Virus record (IMG/VR): IMGVR_UViG_3300044268_002382
Coordinates: 1 to 35,488 of that record
Strand: one strand, 5' to 3'
Source: a virus
Lineage: Duplodnaviria; Caudoviricetes
DNA: 35,488 nucleotides
Below the pieces are notes generated by a model that was given only the letters and a program-made list of their open reading frames with translations, ran no database searches and was not told the origin of the DNA. Numbering within the stretch: the stretch's first letter is position 1; each line of letters starts with the position of its first letter. The position numbers and the translations under genes were made by a program. This document shows positions 1-8,907 of the stretch, in pieces.

Positions 1-306
1 AGAGAAGAATTGTTTGAAAAAGAGTTTATTAAATATCTAAAAGAAGAGAATATAGAGTTTGATGATGAGATACAAGAAGAGGTCATAGGATTTGGTGAAC
101 AACTTCCAAAAGGAAGATATAGGTTAAAACAAGATATACTAAATAAACAAGAAGAAGAGTTAAGTGCAAAGAAGGGTGATATTGTCATTGCATTTGATGA
201 CGAGGCACCGTTTGATACAATATTAGGAGTAGAAATTTTTTCTGTTGTGCATGAAAAATCACAAGAAAAAATATATGTAAGTTTAGAGGATTTAGAAGAT
301 GCTTAA
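1..306 (+). CDS. Hypothetical protein, 5'-truncated by window edge
   Basis: Frame is open from base 1 to TAA at 306. Acidic protein; overlaps the next ATG. Confidence 0.7.
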   Translation, partial: REELFEKEFIKYLKEENIEFDDEIQEEVIGFGEQLPKGRYRLKQDILNKQEEELSAKKGDIVIAFDDEAPFDTILGVEIFSVVHEKSQEKIYVSLEDLEDA

Positions 307-808
307 AAAATTTAGAGAAGTAAATGTTTTTAATGGCAAACCTGTAGATGAAGATGCACCAACAAATGCAACTGGCCCTGCTGTTGCTGGAACAGGTGAT
401 GATAGTTCAGTCGTGGTAGTGAGAAGAAAAAAAGATAAAGAAAAGAAAATGTTTATTGATGCTAGAACAAAAGCATATAAACAACATGCAGAAAAATTAC
501 AAAAGATGCGTGAAAGAAGAAGTAAACTAAAAGAAAAAATACTTTCACATAATGAAGACTTCTATAGAGAAATGTATGTTGTAGAAAACAACCTTAGAAT
601 GTTGAGAGATATTGTTAAAAAGAAACAAAACAAACCTATAAAATTTAAAGATGGTAGAATGAAAGTTGATTTATTTACTGCAAGTACAATCACACAAGTT
701 TATGATAAAGTAAACACATCAAATAAAAAAAAGATTGAGAATATGATAAATGGCACAAAGAAAAATTTTTTACAAATCTCTAATGCTGTCATGAAAATTG
801 CGAGATAA
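299..808 (+). CDS. Hypothetical phage protein, possible internal head protein
   Basis: 169-aa ORF with an EDAPTNATGPAVAGTGDD segment and a basic C-terminal half; coupled to its neighbours. Confidence 0.6.
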   Translation: MLKKFREVNVFNGKPVDEDAPTNATGPAVAGTGDDSSVVVVRRKKDKEKKMFIDARTKAYKQHAEKLQKMRERRSKLKEKILSHNEDFYREMYVVENNLRMLRDIVKKKQNKPIKFKDGRMKVDLFTASTITQVYDKVNTSNKKKIENMINGTKKNFLQISNAVMKIAR

Positions 809-810
809 AC

Positions 811-1749
811 ATGGGATTGATGTCTCTAAAAGAATATGGTCTTGCATATGAACCATCTGGTAGAGACTATGCATATAGTTTATATCAACCTGTCGCAGAT
901 CTCAATTTAAGAGCTCAAAAAGAGAAACAAGTTTCCAAATCAGATATAGATCAAATAGAAAGATACGCAGATCGTCTTTTTGCGTCATTGAATATTGATG
1001 TAGAATTTACTAGACATTTTATGGATCGAGTAAATGATGCAAGAAATAAAACTCAAATTACACCATCTGAACTTACAAGACTATTCAAACAGTCTTACAG
1101 AAAACACGGAAAAAAGATTAAAAATTTAGGCCCAGACGCAGAAGCAGTATTGAATGATATGCAAACTGATATCAATATGCCATTTGTTTTAAAAGTTGAT
1201 GGTAACGAACTTGATTTAGTTGCAAAAACTGTCATGAGAAAAAAAAATTTTAAAACAAAAGGACCGAAACTTTCATTTGAAGAATTTAGAAAAATAGATG
1301 AAAAAAAGAAAGATACATGTCCACCCGGTTATAGATATGATACAAATTTAAATCAATGTGTTCCTATTAATTTTAGAAAAACATATTACATAGGAGTTCC
1401 AAGATCCACATCTACAGATCAAGATACGGAAACAGACACATCAAATACAGATAATCAAACAGGTAATGATAGTGGAAATACAGGAAATGGTAACGGAAAT
1501 GCATCAGGTGGTAATGGCGCCAGTGGTGGTAACGGTAACGGTGGAAACAGTGGAGGTGAACAATACATAGCTGCAGATGTTAGAAGAATGCCAGATGGTC
1601 GATATGGAGTTTATGCAGATAAATTTAAAAACAAAAGAAGAGTAATGACACCCGGTGGTAAACATGCAAAAGAACTTAAAAAAGTTTATAGTAATAAAAA
1701 AGATGCAAACGATTATATGGCTGCAATAATGATTGCAAAGGGGGGATGA
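811..1749 (+). CDS. Hypothetical multi-segment protein with T/D/G/N low-complexity linker
   Basis: 312 aa: FTRHFMDRVNDARN domain, CPPGY..C module, G/N-rich linker (~1408-1557), basic C-terminus. Confidence 0.65.
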   Translation: MGLMSLKEYGLAYEPSGRDYAYSLYQPVADLNLRAQKEKQVSKSDIDQIERYADRLFASLNIDVEFTRHFMDRVNDARNKTQITPSELTRLFKQSYRKHGKKIKNLGPDAEAVLNDMQTDINMPFVLKVDGNELDLVAKTVMRKKNFKTKGPKLSFEEFRKIDEKKKDTCPPGYRYDTNLNQCVPINFRKTYYIGVPRSTSTDQDTETDTSNTDNQTGNDSGNTGNGNGNASGGNGASGGNGNGGNSGGEQYIAADVRRMPDGRYGVYADKFKNKRRVMTPGGKHAKELKKVYSNKKDANDYMAAIMIAKGG

Positions 1750-2168
1750 TGAAACACTATGAAGATTTTATAGAAAGTTTATGGGCAAATATTCATAAAA
1801 AAAGACAAAGAATTAAAAGAGGTTCTGGTGAAAAAATGAGAAAACCCGGTGAAAAGGGTGCTCCTACACCTGCACAAATGAAAAGGGCAAAAGACGCATC
1901 TGAAGATAATCATACACCTTTAGCAAAAATTAAAGCAGATCATAAAAGAGAACGTGAGGCTAATGCAATTAGAAGAGACAGAGAATTAGATCGTGCAAGA
2001 ATAGCCACTGCAAGACAAATGAATACAGAGAAAGCACCTGATACATCTGATGCTATGAAAAGATATAAAGCAGGTAAAGCTGGTTTCACAGACATAGCGC
2101 ATTTAAAAGCAAAAGGATTGATTAAGAGGTCTGATGGTTCTAAAAGAAAATCAGATAAATACAAATAA
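1746..2168 (+). CDS. Basic hypothetical protein, candidate internal head protein
   Basis: N-terminus MMKHYEDFIE resembles the T4 internal-protein capsid-targeting sequence; K/R-rich. Confidence 0.6.
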   Translation: MMKHYEDFIESLWANIHKKRQRIKRGSGEKMRKPGEKGAPTPAQMKRAKDASEDNHTPLAKIKADHKREREANAIRRDRELDRARIATARQMNTEKAPDTSDAMKRYKAGKAGFTDIAHLKAKGLIKRSDGSKRKSDKYK

Positions 2169-2458
2169 TGACAGATACAAAAAAAGTAAATTTAGAATTA
2201 GAGATTGACACTAATACAGTTGATTCTAGTAAAAATAAATATCAAGGTCTAATTGATCTTGCAAAAGCAGTTGATGCTTGGAGAATTTTTCCTAGATTAT
2301 TTTTAACTGTTTACATAGTATTATTATATAAATGTGTGATTTGGTATATGAACTTGGCAGCTCCAACAATGGAACAATCTGGTTTGATTAGTATAGTTGT
2401 TGGTGCAGGTGCTGCCTGGTTTGGGTTATATACTGGCACAAGTAAAAGTAAAAAATAG
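2168..2458 (+). CDS. Small two-TM membrane protein, holin-like
   Basis: Two hydrophobic segments (RLFLTVYIVLLY..., LISIVVGAGAAWFGLY) and a basic C-terminus. Confidence 0.55.
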   Translation: MTDTKKVNLELEIDTNTVDSSKNKYQGLIDLAKAVDAWRIFPRLFLTVYIVLLYKCVIWYMNLAAPTMEQSGLISIVVGAGAAWFGLYTGTSKSKK

Positions 2459-2466
2459 GAGTTTAC

Positions 2467-2943
2467 ATGGCAAATAAATTTAATGGACTAGTTAATGCTG
2501 TATTTTTACCACCTAGAAATTGGGTATTAAATCAACCACTCACATTTACTTGTAAAGAGTTAACAGATGAATGGATAAAAATGTTAAAAGATTGTGGTGT
2601 AGATATTAATGGAACTACTATTAATGTTCCTAGTGGATACATTACAGACCTTGCAAGTGTACCAAGAGCGTGTTGGGCTTTTATAGCACCTTTTGATGTT
2701 GCGAGGGCGGCTATTGTACATGACATATTATATGAAAAAATTAATATGGCTTTTAAAGCAGGTACAATAAAAGACAGAGAACCATATAGACTGATTGCAG
2801 ACACTATGTTTAAATTAGCTATGAAATGTAGTGAACCTGCTGTACCAGGTTGGAAAATTTGGTCAGCTCATTCTGCTGTAAGATTATTTGGTAGATTTGC
2901 AATTAAAAACTCACAGCCGAGAGGCAATAAACCAAAGGTGTAA
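2467..2943 (+). CDS. DUF1353-like protein
   Basis: Motifs VPSGYITDLASVPR, AAIVHDILY, ADTMF and AVRLFG; AGGAG RBS. Confidence 0.75.
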   Translation: MANKFNGLVNAVFLPPRNWVLNQPLTFTCKELTDEWIKMLKDCGVDINGTTINVPSGYITDLASVPRACWAFIAPFDVARAAIVHDILYEKINMAFKAGTIKDREPYRLIADTMFKLAMKCSEPAVPGWKIWSAHSAVRLFGRFAIKNSQPRGNKPKV

Positions 2944-2944
2944 T

Positions 2945-3190
2945 ATGTTGTTCTTTTTAACTAGAGCAATAATGGGTAGTATCGTAGGTAACGCTACTGC
3001 TACATGGTTCAAAAAAACCAAAGTTGGTGTGTGGTTTTATAATAAAGTAGAACAATGTTATAATTGGGCTGCTAAGCGATATGATATAGAGATACTAACT
3101 AAGGAACAAAAGTTGATTAAGAAGTTTCCTGTGTTATCAAAAAAAATTGATGATATGGAAAAACGAATTAAGAAACTAGAGGAGAAATAA
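2945..3190 (+). CDS. Hypothetical protein (start revised to ATG 2945)
   Basis: ATG directly after the upstream stop; hydrophobic N-terminus and C-terminal coiled coil. Confidence 0.6.
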   Translation: MLFFLTRAIMGSIVGNATATWFKKTKVGVWFYNKVEQCYNWAAKRYDIEILTKEQKLIKKFPVLSKKIDDMEKRIKKLEEK

Positions 3191-3192
3191 AA

Positions 3193-3351
3193 ATGAACTG
3201 GTTAAAAAACAGAGTAAAAGAAATGTCCTCATGGTCAGGCGCTAGTCTGATTGCATTTGGATTATTGGTTGTTTTAGGTGGACCATTTGTCAATATATTG
3301 GCATGGGTCGCTATCGTATGGGGTATTATTTCCATAATCCGACAAGACTAA
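3193..3351 (+). CDS. 52-aa two-TM membrane protein, holin-like (not in ORF track)
   Basis: GGAG RBS; MNWLKNRVKEMSSWSGASLIAFGLLVVLGGPFVNILAWVAIVWGIISIIRQD fills the gap exactly. Confidence 0.7.
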   Translation: MNWLKNRVKEMSSWSGASLIAFGLLVVLGGPFVNILAWVAIVWGIISIIRQD

Positions 3352-3357
3352 TCATTT

Positions 3358-3726
3358 ATGTTTGGAATAAGACTATTACTAATCGGTGTCGTCAGCGCCA
3401 CATTAATTGGCGCTGGCGCTTATGTGCTTAAGTTAAGATCAGACAACGCAATTCTCAAAGCAAATCAAATAAAATTAGAAAGTGCGATTGAGACACAAAA
3501 AGAAGTTATCGAAAATCAGAAACAAGATTACGAACAAATTATCTCTATCAATAAACAACTAAATGATGATATAGTACAGATTAATAAGTCAAAACAGATA
3601 TTACAGAATAAATTATCTAAACACGACTTAAATTATCTTGCAGTAGAGAAACCAGGGTTGATTGAAAAAATTATCAATAAGGGATCTAATAAAATTATGA
3701 ATGATTTAAATGAGGCAACAAGATGA
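3358..3726 (+). CDS. Putative inner-membrane spanin (Rz-like)
   Basis: N-terminal TM helix then a long coiled coil; overlaps a lipoprotein gene. Confidence 0.65.
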   Translation: MFGIRLLLIGVVSATLIGAGAYVLKLRSDNAILKANQIKLESAIETQKEVIENQKQDYEQIISINKQLNDDIVQINKSKQILQNKLSKHDLNYLAVEKPGLIEKIINKGSNKIMNDLNEATR

Positions 3727-4097
3727 TGAGAGTTGTAGTAACATGCATGATGTTGGTAGTTGTATTACTAATATTCTCTGGTTGTTCAACATTTAAATCA
3801 GAGAAACAAGTAGAAGTAATTACACAAGAAATTGAAAAACCAAAATTAAATTTAGAAGTGGTAGAACCACTAGATTTAAAACCTGTTAAATGGATTGTAA
3901 TTACAAGAGAAAATGTTGCAGAAGTTTTTACTAATCTAGAACAAGAGGGAAAATCAGTGGCATTATTTGCACTTGATACTGATACATATGAAGTATTAGC
4001 AATAAATATGGAAGATATAAAAAGATATATACTAACTCAAAATAAAATTCTAGTTAAGTACAAAGAATATTACGAACCTGTTGAATCAAATCAATAA
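3723..4097 (+). CDS. Putative outer-membrane lipoprotein spanin (Rz1-like)
   Basis: Signal peptide with lipobox FSG-C; Pro-containing segment; follows the Rz-like gene. Confidence 0.65.
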   Translation: MMRVVVTCMMLVVVLLIFSGCSTFKSEKQVEVITQEIEKPKLNLEVVEPLDLKPVKWIVITRENVAEVFTNLEQEGKSVALFALDTDTYEVLAINMEDIKRYILTQNKILVKYKEYYEPVESNQ

Positions 4098-4150
4098 ATC
4101 GAGGGGGAGTTCTCTACATCATATCACTACAATAAGAAAGGAGATCCATT

Positions 4151-4384
4151 ATGGAAATCTTAAATAAATGTAGAGCTTGGGCATCTGCTTTGGCAGAGGT
4201 CGGTGTAAGTTTAATTGCACTTGGCATTGTGTTTGAAGTTCTATTTAACGGACAGGGCATACCGTTCTGGCCAAATATTAACGTGATAGGAAATGTACAA
4301 AGCATTGTAGCAGGTTTTTCTGCTCAGGGCTTAGTTGGATTAGTAGCAGTTTGGGTATTATACTCAATCTATTCTAAAAAATAA
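4151..4384 (+). CDS. Small hydrophobic membrane protein
   Basis: AAGGAG RBS; 77 aa with two hydrophobic helices. Confidence 0.7.
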   Translation: MEILNKCRAWASALAEVGVSLIALGIVFEVLFNGQGIPFWPNINVIGNVQSIVAGFSAQGLVGLVAVWVLYSIYSKK

Positions 4385-4390
4385 TAAATA
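4383..4390 (+). promoter_or_regulatory. Possible T4-type late promoter variant (AATAAATA)
   Basis: One mismatch to TATAAATA, just upstream of the RBS of the 4407 ORF. Confidence 0.4.
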
Positions 4391-4406
4391 ATAAGGGGAG
4401 AGAGTT

Positions 4407-4817
4407 TTGTCAGATATACAATTAGATGTAGAGTTATTGAAGAAAGACGTAAAAGAAATGAAGTTTATTCATGGTCGTCTCGATAATGCTATTTCAAAAA
4501 TATCAGACGTTTCAAACTCTATCAACCGCATGTTGGCAGTGCATGAAGAAAAACTCTCTTCCCAAGAAGAAGCAATAATCAACGCAGAGAATTTAGTTGA
4601 AGCCAGACGAATGGAATTCAACAAAGAAATCAAAGAACTTCACGATAGAATCACTAAAAATAGTAAAGAACAAATAGACGCAATAAATAATCTAAAGACA
4701 GAATTATCGGGCCGTGTGGCCGTCTTAGACAAGTTTAGATGGGTATTAATTGGTGGTTCCATAGTTATCGGATTCATTATTCACAAGTTAATGAATATCG
4801 GTATTACTATTTCTTGA
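4407..4817 (+). CDS. Coiled-coil protein with C-terminal TM anchor
   Basis: TTG start after GGGGAG; heptad-rich; C-terminal WVLIGGSIVIGFII. Confidence 0.7.
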   Translation: MSDIQLDVELLKKDVKEMKFIHGRLDNAISKISDVSNSINRMLAVHEEKLSSQEEAIINAENLVEARRMEFNKEIKELHDRITKNSKEQIDAINNLKTELSGRVAVLDKFRWVLIGGSIVIGFIIHKLMNIGITIS

Positions 4818-4842
4818 CAAATACATCAAAATATAGTAGGAT
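4814..4842 (+). promoter_or_regulatory. Sigma70-type promoter
   Basis: TTGACA (4814-4819), 17-bp spacer, TAGGAT (4837-4842); ATG at 4849. Confidence 0.6.
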
Positions 4843-4848
4843 AATCTA

Positions 4849-5031
4849 ATGACCAGATATAAGGTTGAAACTCATAAAGTGAGTGTGCGACATATTGTCA
4901 TAAACGCAGACAGTGAGGAAGAGGCCAAAAAATTGGCAAGAGATTATGTTGATAATAAATCACATATAAATCCAACAATAACTTATGATAAAAAATTAAA
5001 AAAAATTAAGAGATGTAAAGAATTAGATTGA
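4849..5031 (+). CDS. Hypothetical protein
   Basis: 60-aa ORF with an INADSEEEAKKLA motif typical of small phage proteins. Confidence 0.65.
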   Translation: MTRYKVETHKVSVRHIVINADSEEEAKKLARDYVDNKSHINPTITYDKKLKKIKRCKELD

Positions 5032-5057
5032 CAATCAGATAACACCTGATATATTAT
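5028..5057 (+). promoter_or_regulatory. Sigma70-type promoter of primase
   Basis: TTGACA (5028-5033), 18-bp spacer, TATTAT (5052-5057); ATG at 5064. Confidence 0.6.
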
Positions 5058-5063
5058 GATACA

Positions 5064-6077
5064 ATGTATTTAGAACAAAAGTATTTACTTTTGGTTTCAT
5101 CACAATTAGGACTATTTAAAAAGAAGAGTAATAATCTCTATAACTTTCGTTGTCCTTATTGTGGTGATTCTCAAAAAAGTAAAAGTAAAGCAAGAGGATA
5201 TGTTTTTCAAAAAGAAAATTCTCTTATCTATAAGTGTCACAACTGTGGTGTTGGCACAACTGTTCCCAAACTAATCAGACATGTAAATGAGACTTTGTAT
5301 AATGAATTCATGACAGAATCATATCGTGCAGAGATACCAAAAGATAATGCTAGAGGTATTCGCATAGATACAAATGAGTTATCCCCAACTGTTAAGAACA
5401 TGTTGAGAAGTTCTAATTCTAAATTAAGTAGATTAAAAAAAGTTTCACAATTAGATCATGATCACCCAGTAAAAAAATTTGTTGAAGATAGAAAGATACC
5501 CTCAGATAAACATTATTTACTTTACTATGCCCCACACTTTTATAAGTTTGTAAATACAATTATTGACAATAAGTTTCCTAGTCTAGTCGGTGATCATCCT
5601 AGATTAGTAATACCTTTTTTTAATGAAAAGAATGAAATAATTGCAATACAAGGAAGGGCATTTGGAAATGAAAATCCTAAATACATCACGATCAAAATTG
5701 ACGAAAATCAAGAAAAAATATACGGAACTGACAGAGTTGATTGGGATAGAACAGTTTGTGTATTTGAAGGCCCTATTGATAGCTTGTTTATTAATAATAG
5801 TATTGCGACTGCTCAGTCTGACCTAAGAGTTTATAAAGATAATGTTGTTTTGGTACCCGATAATGAACCAAGAAACTTTGAAATCGTAAAACAAATTGAA
5901 AAGTATATCGATGAAAATTTTCAAGTTGTTATATGGCCAAGTGAAATAAAACAAAAAGACGTAAACGAAATGATTTTGTCTGGTAAAACTGAAAGACAAA
6001 TTAAAGATATAATAGCGCAAAACACTTTTAGTGGTTTGTTAGCAAAAACAAAATTAATTGAGTGGAAAAAAATTTGA
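5064..6077 (+). CDS. gp61: DNA primase (T4 gp61-like)
   Basis: Zn finger NFRCPYCGDS...KCHNCG; TOPRIM motifs FEGPIDSLF, DNEPRN and KDVNEM. Confidence 0.95.
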   Translation: MYLEQKYLLLVSSQLGLFKKKSNNLYNFRCPYCGDSQKSKSKARGYVFQKENSLIYKCHNCGVGTTVPKLIRHVNETLYNEFMTESYRAEIPKDNARGIRIDTNELSPTVKNMLRSSNSKLSRLKKVSQLDHDHPVKKFVEDRKIPSDKHYLLYYAPHFYKFVNTIIDNKFPSLVGDHPRLVIPFFNEKNEIIAIQGRAFGNENPKYITIKIDENQEKIYGTDRVDWDRTVCVFEGPIDSLFINNSIATAQSDLRVYKDNVVLVPDNEPRNFEIVKQIEKYIDENFQVVIWPSEIKQKDVNEMILSGKTERQIKDIIAQNTFSGLLAKTKLIEWKKI

Positions 6078-7138
6078 CTTATTGTGTAAAAGCGTTTGAT
6101 GAGATTTATTCTGATAGTGCAAATAGATATCGTTTGTGTTGTCATGCAAATGTAAACAAATCTATTTCACACATGACTACAGATAATACGTTACCATTTG
6201 AATATTTTTTGTCAAAGGAAATGGAAAAAATTCGTGATGACATGTTTGATGGTAAAAAAATTGATGGTTGTGAAGGATGTTATAATGATGAAGAAATAAA
6301 TGGATACAGTCATAGAACAAAGTTTAATGAAGAATCAGATTACAATGCAGGTGATGTAACAAAAGTAAGCACTAAATTAAAAAATTTTGGAAGTCGTTGT
6401 AATCTTGGTTGTTATATGTGTCGTCCATATGATTCATCAACACGAAGACAAGAATTAAAAGACGCAGGTTTAATCGACACATGGAACAATCTTGGTTTAG
6501 ATGAATTTGAGAGAGAGTGGGTAAAAAATGTGTCATCAAAAGATGTTGAAATATTTAATCAAAATATATTAGATAATATTGACAAAGTAAGGCAAATAAG
6601 AATATTCGGTGGTGAACCTGTATTGTTGGATAGAGTTTGGCAATTTTTAGATGATATAAAATCTGAAGATGCAAAAAATATTGAGATAGAGATGACCACT
6701 AATTTGACACACATTTCATATAAAGATTGGTCATTGAAATCAATAGATAAAAAATTTAAAAATTTAAAGTTAGGAGTATCTTGTGATCATTTTGGTGAAA
6801 AACTTAAATTCATAAGATATCCAATAAATGTTAATGACTTTGAAAAAAATTTGATTACAATGAAAGATAATGTTTTACAAATTTATTGTACAGTAAGTAT
6901 TTTAAATGCTTTTGATTTGAAAGAGATTGAGGAATATTATAAAGATTTTAGAGTTTGGTTTGAACCAGTGAATAGTCCAGCGTCTTTGTCAATAAAAAAT
7001 TTACCGAACAAAGATCAAATAAAATATATTCCAAATCAACTTATAAAGAATGAATTGATGAAACCAAAAAATGATGATGAGTATAAAAAGGGAATTGCAT
7101 ATATACAAGCGTTGCAAGATTATAGGAGAGGCATATGA
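6062..7138 (+). CDS. Radical SAM protein with N-terminal twitch/SPASM-like Cys cluster
   Basis: CNLGCYMC (CxxxCxxC), GGEP and TTN motifs; N-terminal C...CC...CEGC. Confidence 0.88.
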   Translation: MEKNLTYCVKAFDEIYSDSANRYRLCCHANVNKSISHMTTDNTLPFEYFLSKEMEKIRDDMFDGKKIDGCEGCYNDEEINGYSHRTKFNEESDYNAGDVTKVSTKLKNFGSRCNLGCYMCRPYDSSTRRQELKDAGLIDTWNNLGLDEFEREWVKNVSSKDVEIFNQNILDNIDKVRQIRIFGGEPVLLDRVWQFLDDIKSEDAKNIEIEMTTNLTHISYKDWSLKSIDKKFKNLKLGVSCDHFGEKLKFIRYPINVNDFEKNLITMKDNVLQIYCTVSILNAFDLKEIEEYYKDFRVWFEPVNSPASLSIKNLPNKDQIKYIPNQLIKNELMKPKNDDEYKKGIAYIQALQDYRRGI

Positions 7139-8898
7139 AAAAACAGTATTGTAATGTCAAAATTGATACAGATCGAGATCAAAACTTCACAGACCAAGCA
7201 CAGAAACTTTTAAAGGACTATTACTGTCTTAAAGACGAACCTTCTCCACAATTCGCTCTTGCAAGAGCATCAAACGCTTACTCATACGGCGACAAACAAT
7301 TAGCACAAAAAATTTATGACTACGCAAGTCAAGGTTGGTTTATGTTTGCATCACCTGTACTATCAAACGCACCTTTGCCAGGTAAGAAAGCAAAAGCATT
7401 ACCAATATCTTGTTTTCTAACTTATGTGCCAGACACACTTGAAGGATTGATTGATCATACATCAGAGTTAAGATGGTTATCAGTTAAAGGTGGTGGAGTC
7501 GGCGGTCACTGGTCTAATGTTCGTTCAGTATCAGAAATTGCACCAGGCCCAATACCTTTCTTACATACTGTAGATGCAGACATGATTGCTTATAGACAAG
7601 GTAAGACTAGAAAGGGAAGTTATGCAGCTTACATAGATGTATCACACCCAGACATTATGGAGTTTCTAACTTTACGTATTCCAACTGGTGATATTGGACG
7701 TAAGACTTTGAATCTACATAATGCAGTAAATGTGACAGACAAGTTTATGAACGCTGTCAAAAAAGATATGGATTGGCAACTTATAGACCCTGCTGATAAT
7801 ACTATTAGAGATACAGTTAAGGCAAGAAAATTATGGGAACAAATTTTAGAAGTTAGATTTAGAACTGGTGAACCTTATGTGAACTTTCTTGATACTGCAA
7901 ACAAATACTTACCAGAATCACTTAAAGAAAAGGGTTTAAAAATACACGGATCAAACTTGTGTAATGAAATACATTTACCAACTAATGAAGAAAGAACTGC
8001 TGTTTGTTGTTTATCATCTTTGAATTTAGAAAAGTATGATGAGTTCAAAGACACAACAATTGTAAGAGATTTAATAACATTTCTAGATAATGTATTACAA
8101 TTTTTTGTCGATAACGCAGGTGATGAAATTAGTCGTGCTAGATATTCTGCTACACAAGAAAGAAGTTTAGGTCTTGGTGCAATGGGATATCATTCTTATT
8201 TACAAAAACATATGATACCATTTGAACAATCGGGTCGTATTAATAAAGAAATTTTTTCATGGATGAGAAGTGAAGCGGACACACAAACATTAATATTAGG
8301 AAAAGAAAAGGGTGAGGCACCTGATATGAAGGGAACTGGCAGACGAAATGCTCATTGTCTTGCGATAGCACCTAATGCTAATTCATCAATGATAGTAGGA
8401 ACATCACCATCAATTGAACCTAACAAAGCAAACGCATACACACATAGAACAAGAGCAGGTTCACATCTGATAAAAAATAAGTATCTTGAAAAAATACTTA
8501 TAGAAAATAAAATGAACACACCTGAAGTTTGGACTGGTATAGTGACAAACAACGGATCAGTGGATCATCTAGAATTTTTAAATGATGAACAAAAAGAAGT
8601 ATTTAAAACTGCTGTTGAATTAGATCAAATGAGATTGGTTGAACTTGGAGGTCAAAGACAAGTTTATCTTGATCAAGGTCAATCACTTAATTTATTCTTT
8701 CCAGCAGGAGCATCAAAAAAATATGTTCAGTCAGTACACATGAGAGCATGGGAGACTGAATGTAAAGGACTTTACTATTTAAGAACAGAGGTATCTAAAC
8801 GTGCAGAGAATATCGCTCAAAAAGTAGTATTAGATAAATTAAAGGACTATTCAGACATTAAAAAAGAGGAAGAAGAATGTCTGGCTTGTCAAGCATAG
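7135..8898 (+). CDS. nrdA: Ribonucleotide reductase class Ia alpha subunit, no ATP cone
   Basis: ISCFL, SNLCNEI, AIAPNANSS, GLYYLR and C-terminal CLACQA. Confidence 0.96.
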   Translation: MKKQYCNVKIDTDRDQNFTDQAQKLLKDYYCLKDEPSPQFALARASNAYSYGDKQLAQKIYDYASQGWFMFASPVLSNAPLPGKKAKALPISCFLTYVPDTLEGLIDHTSELRWLSVKGGGVGGHWSNVRSVSEIAPGPIPFLHTVDADMIAYRQGKTRKGSYAAYIDVSHPDIMEFLTLRIPTGDIGRKTLNLHNAVNVTDKFMNAVKKDMDWQLIDPADNTIRDTVKARKLWEQILEVRFRTGEPYVNFLDTANKYLPESLKEKGLKIHGSNLCNEIHLPTNEERTAVCCLSSLNLEKYDEFKDTTIVRDLITFLDNVLQFFVDNAGDEISRARYSATQERSLGLGAMGYHSYLQKHMIPFEQSGRINKEIFSWMRSEADTQTLILGKEKGEAPDMKGTGRRNAHCLAIAPNANSSMIVGTSPSIEPNKANAYTHRTRAGSHLIKNKYLEKILIENKMNTPEVWTGIVTNNGSVDHLEFLNDEQKEVFKTAVELDQMRLVELGGQRQVYLDQGQSLNLFFPAGASKKYVQSVHMRAWETECKGLYYLRTEVSKRAENIAQKVVLDKLKDYSDIKKEEEECLACQA

Positions 8899-8907
8899 GA
8901 GAAAAAA

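Noticed and set aside
1408-1557. GGT/AAC-rich repeat as a DNA-level repeat element
   Set aside because: Explained by a Gly/Asn/Thr low-complexity protein linker; no exact repeat unit.
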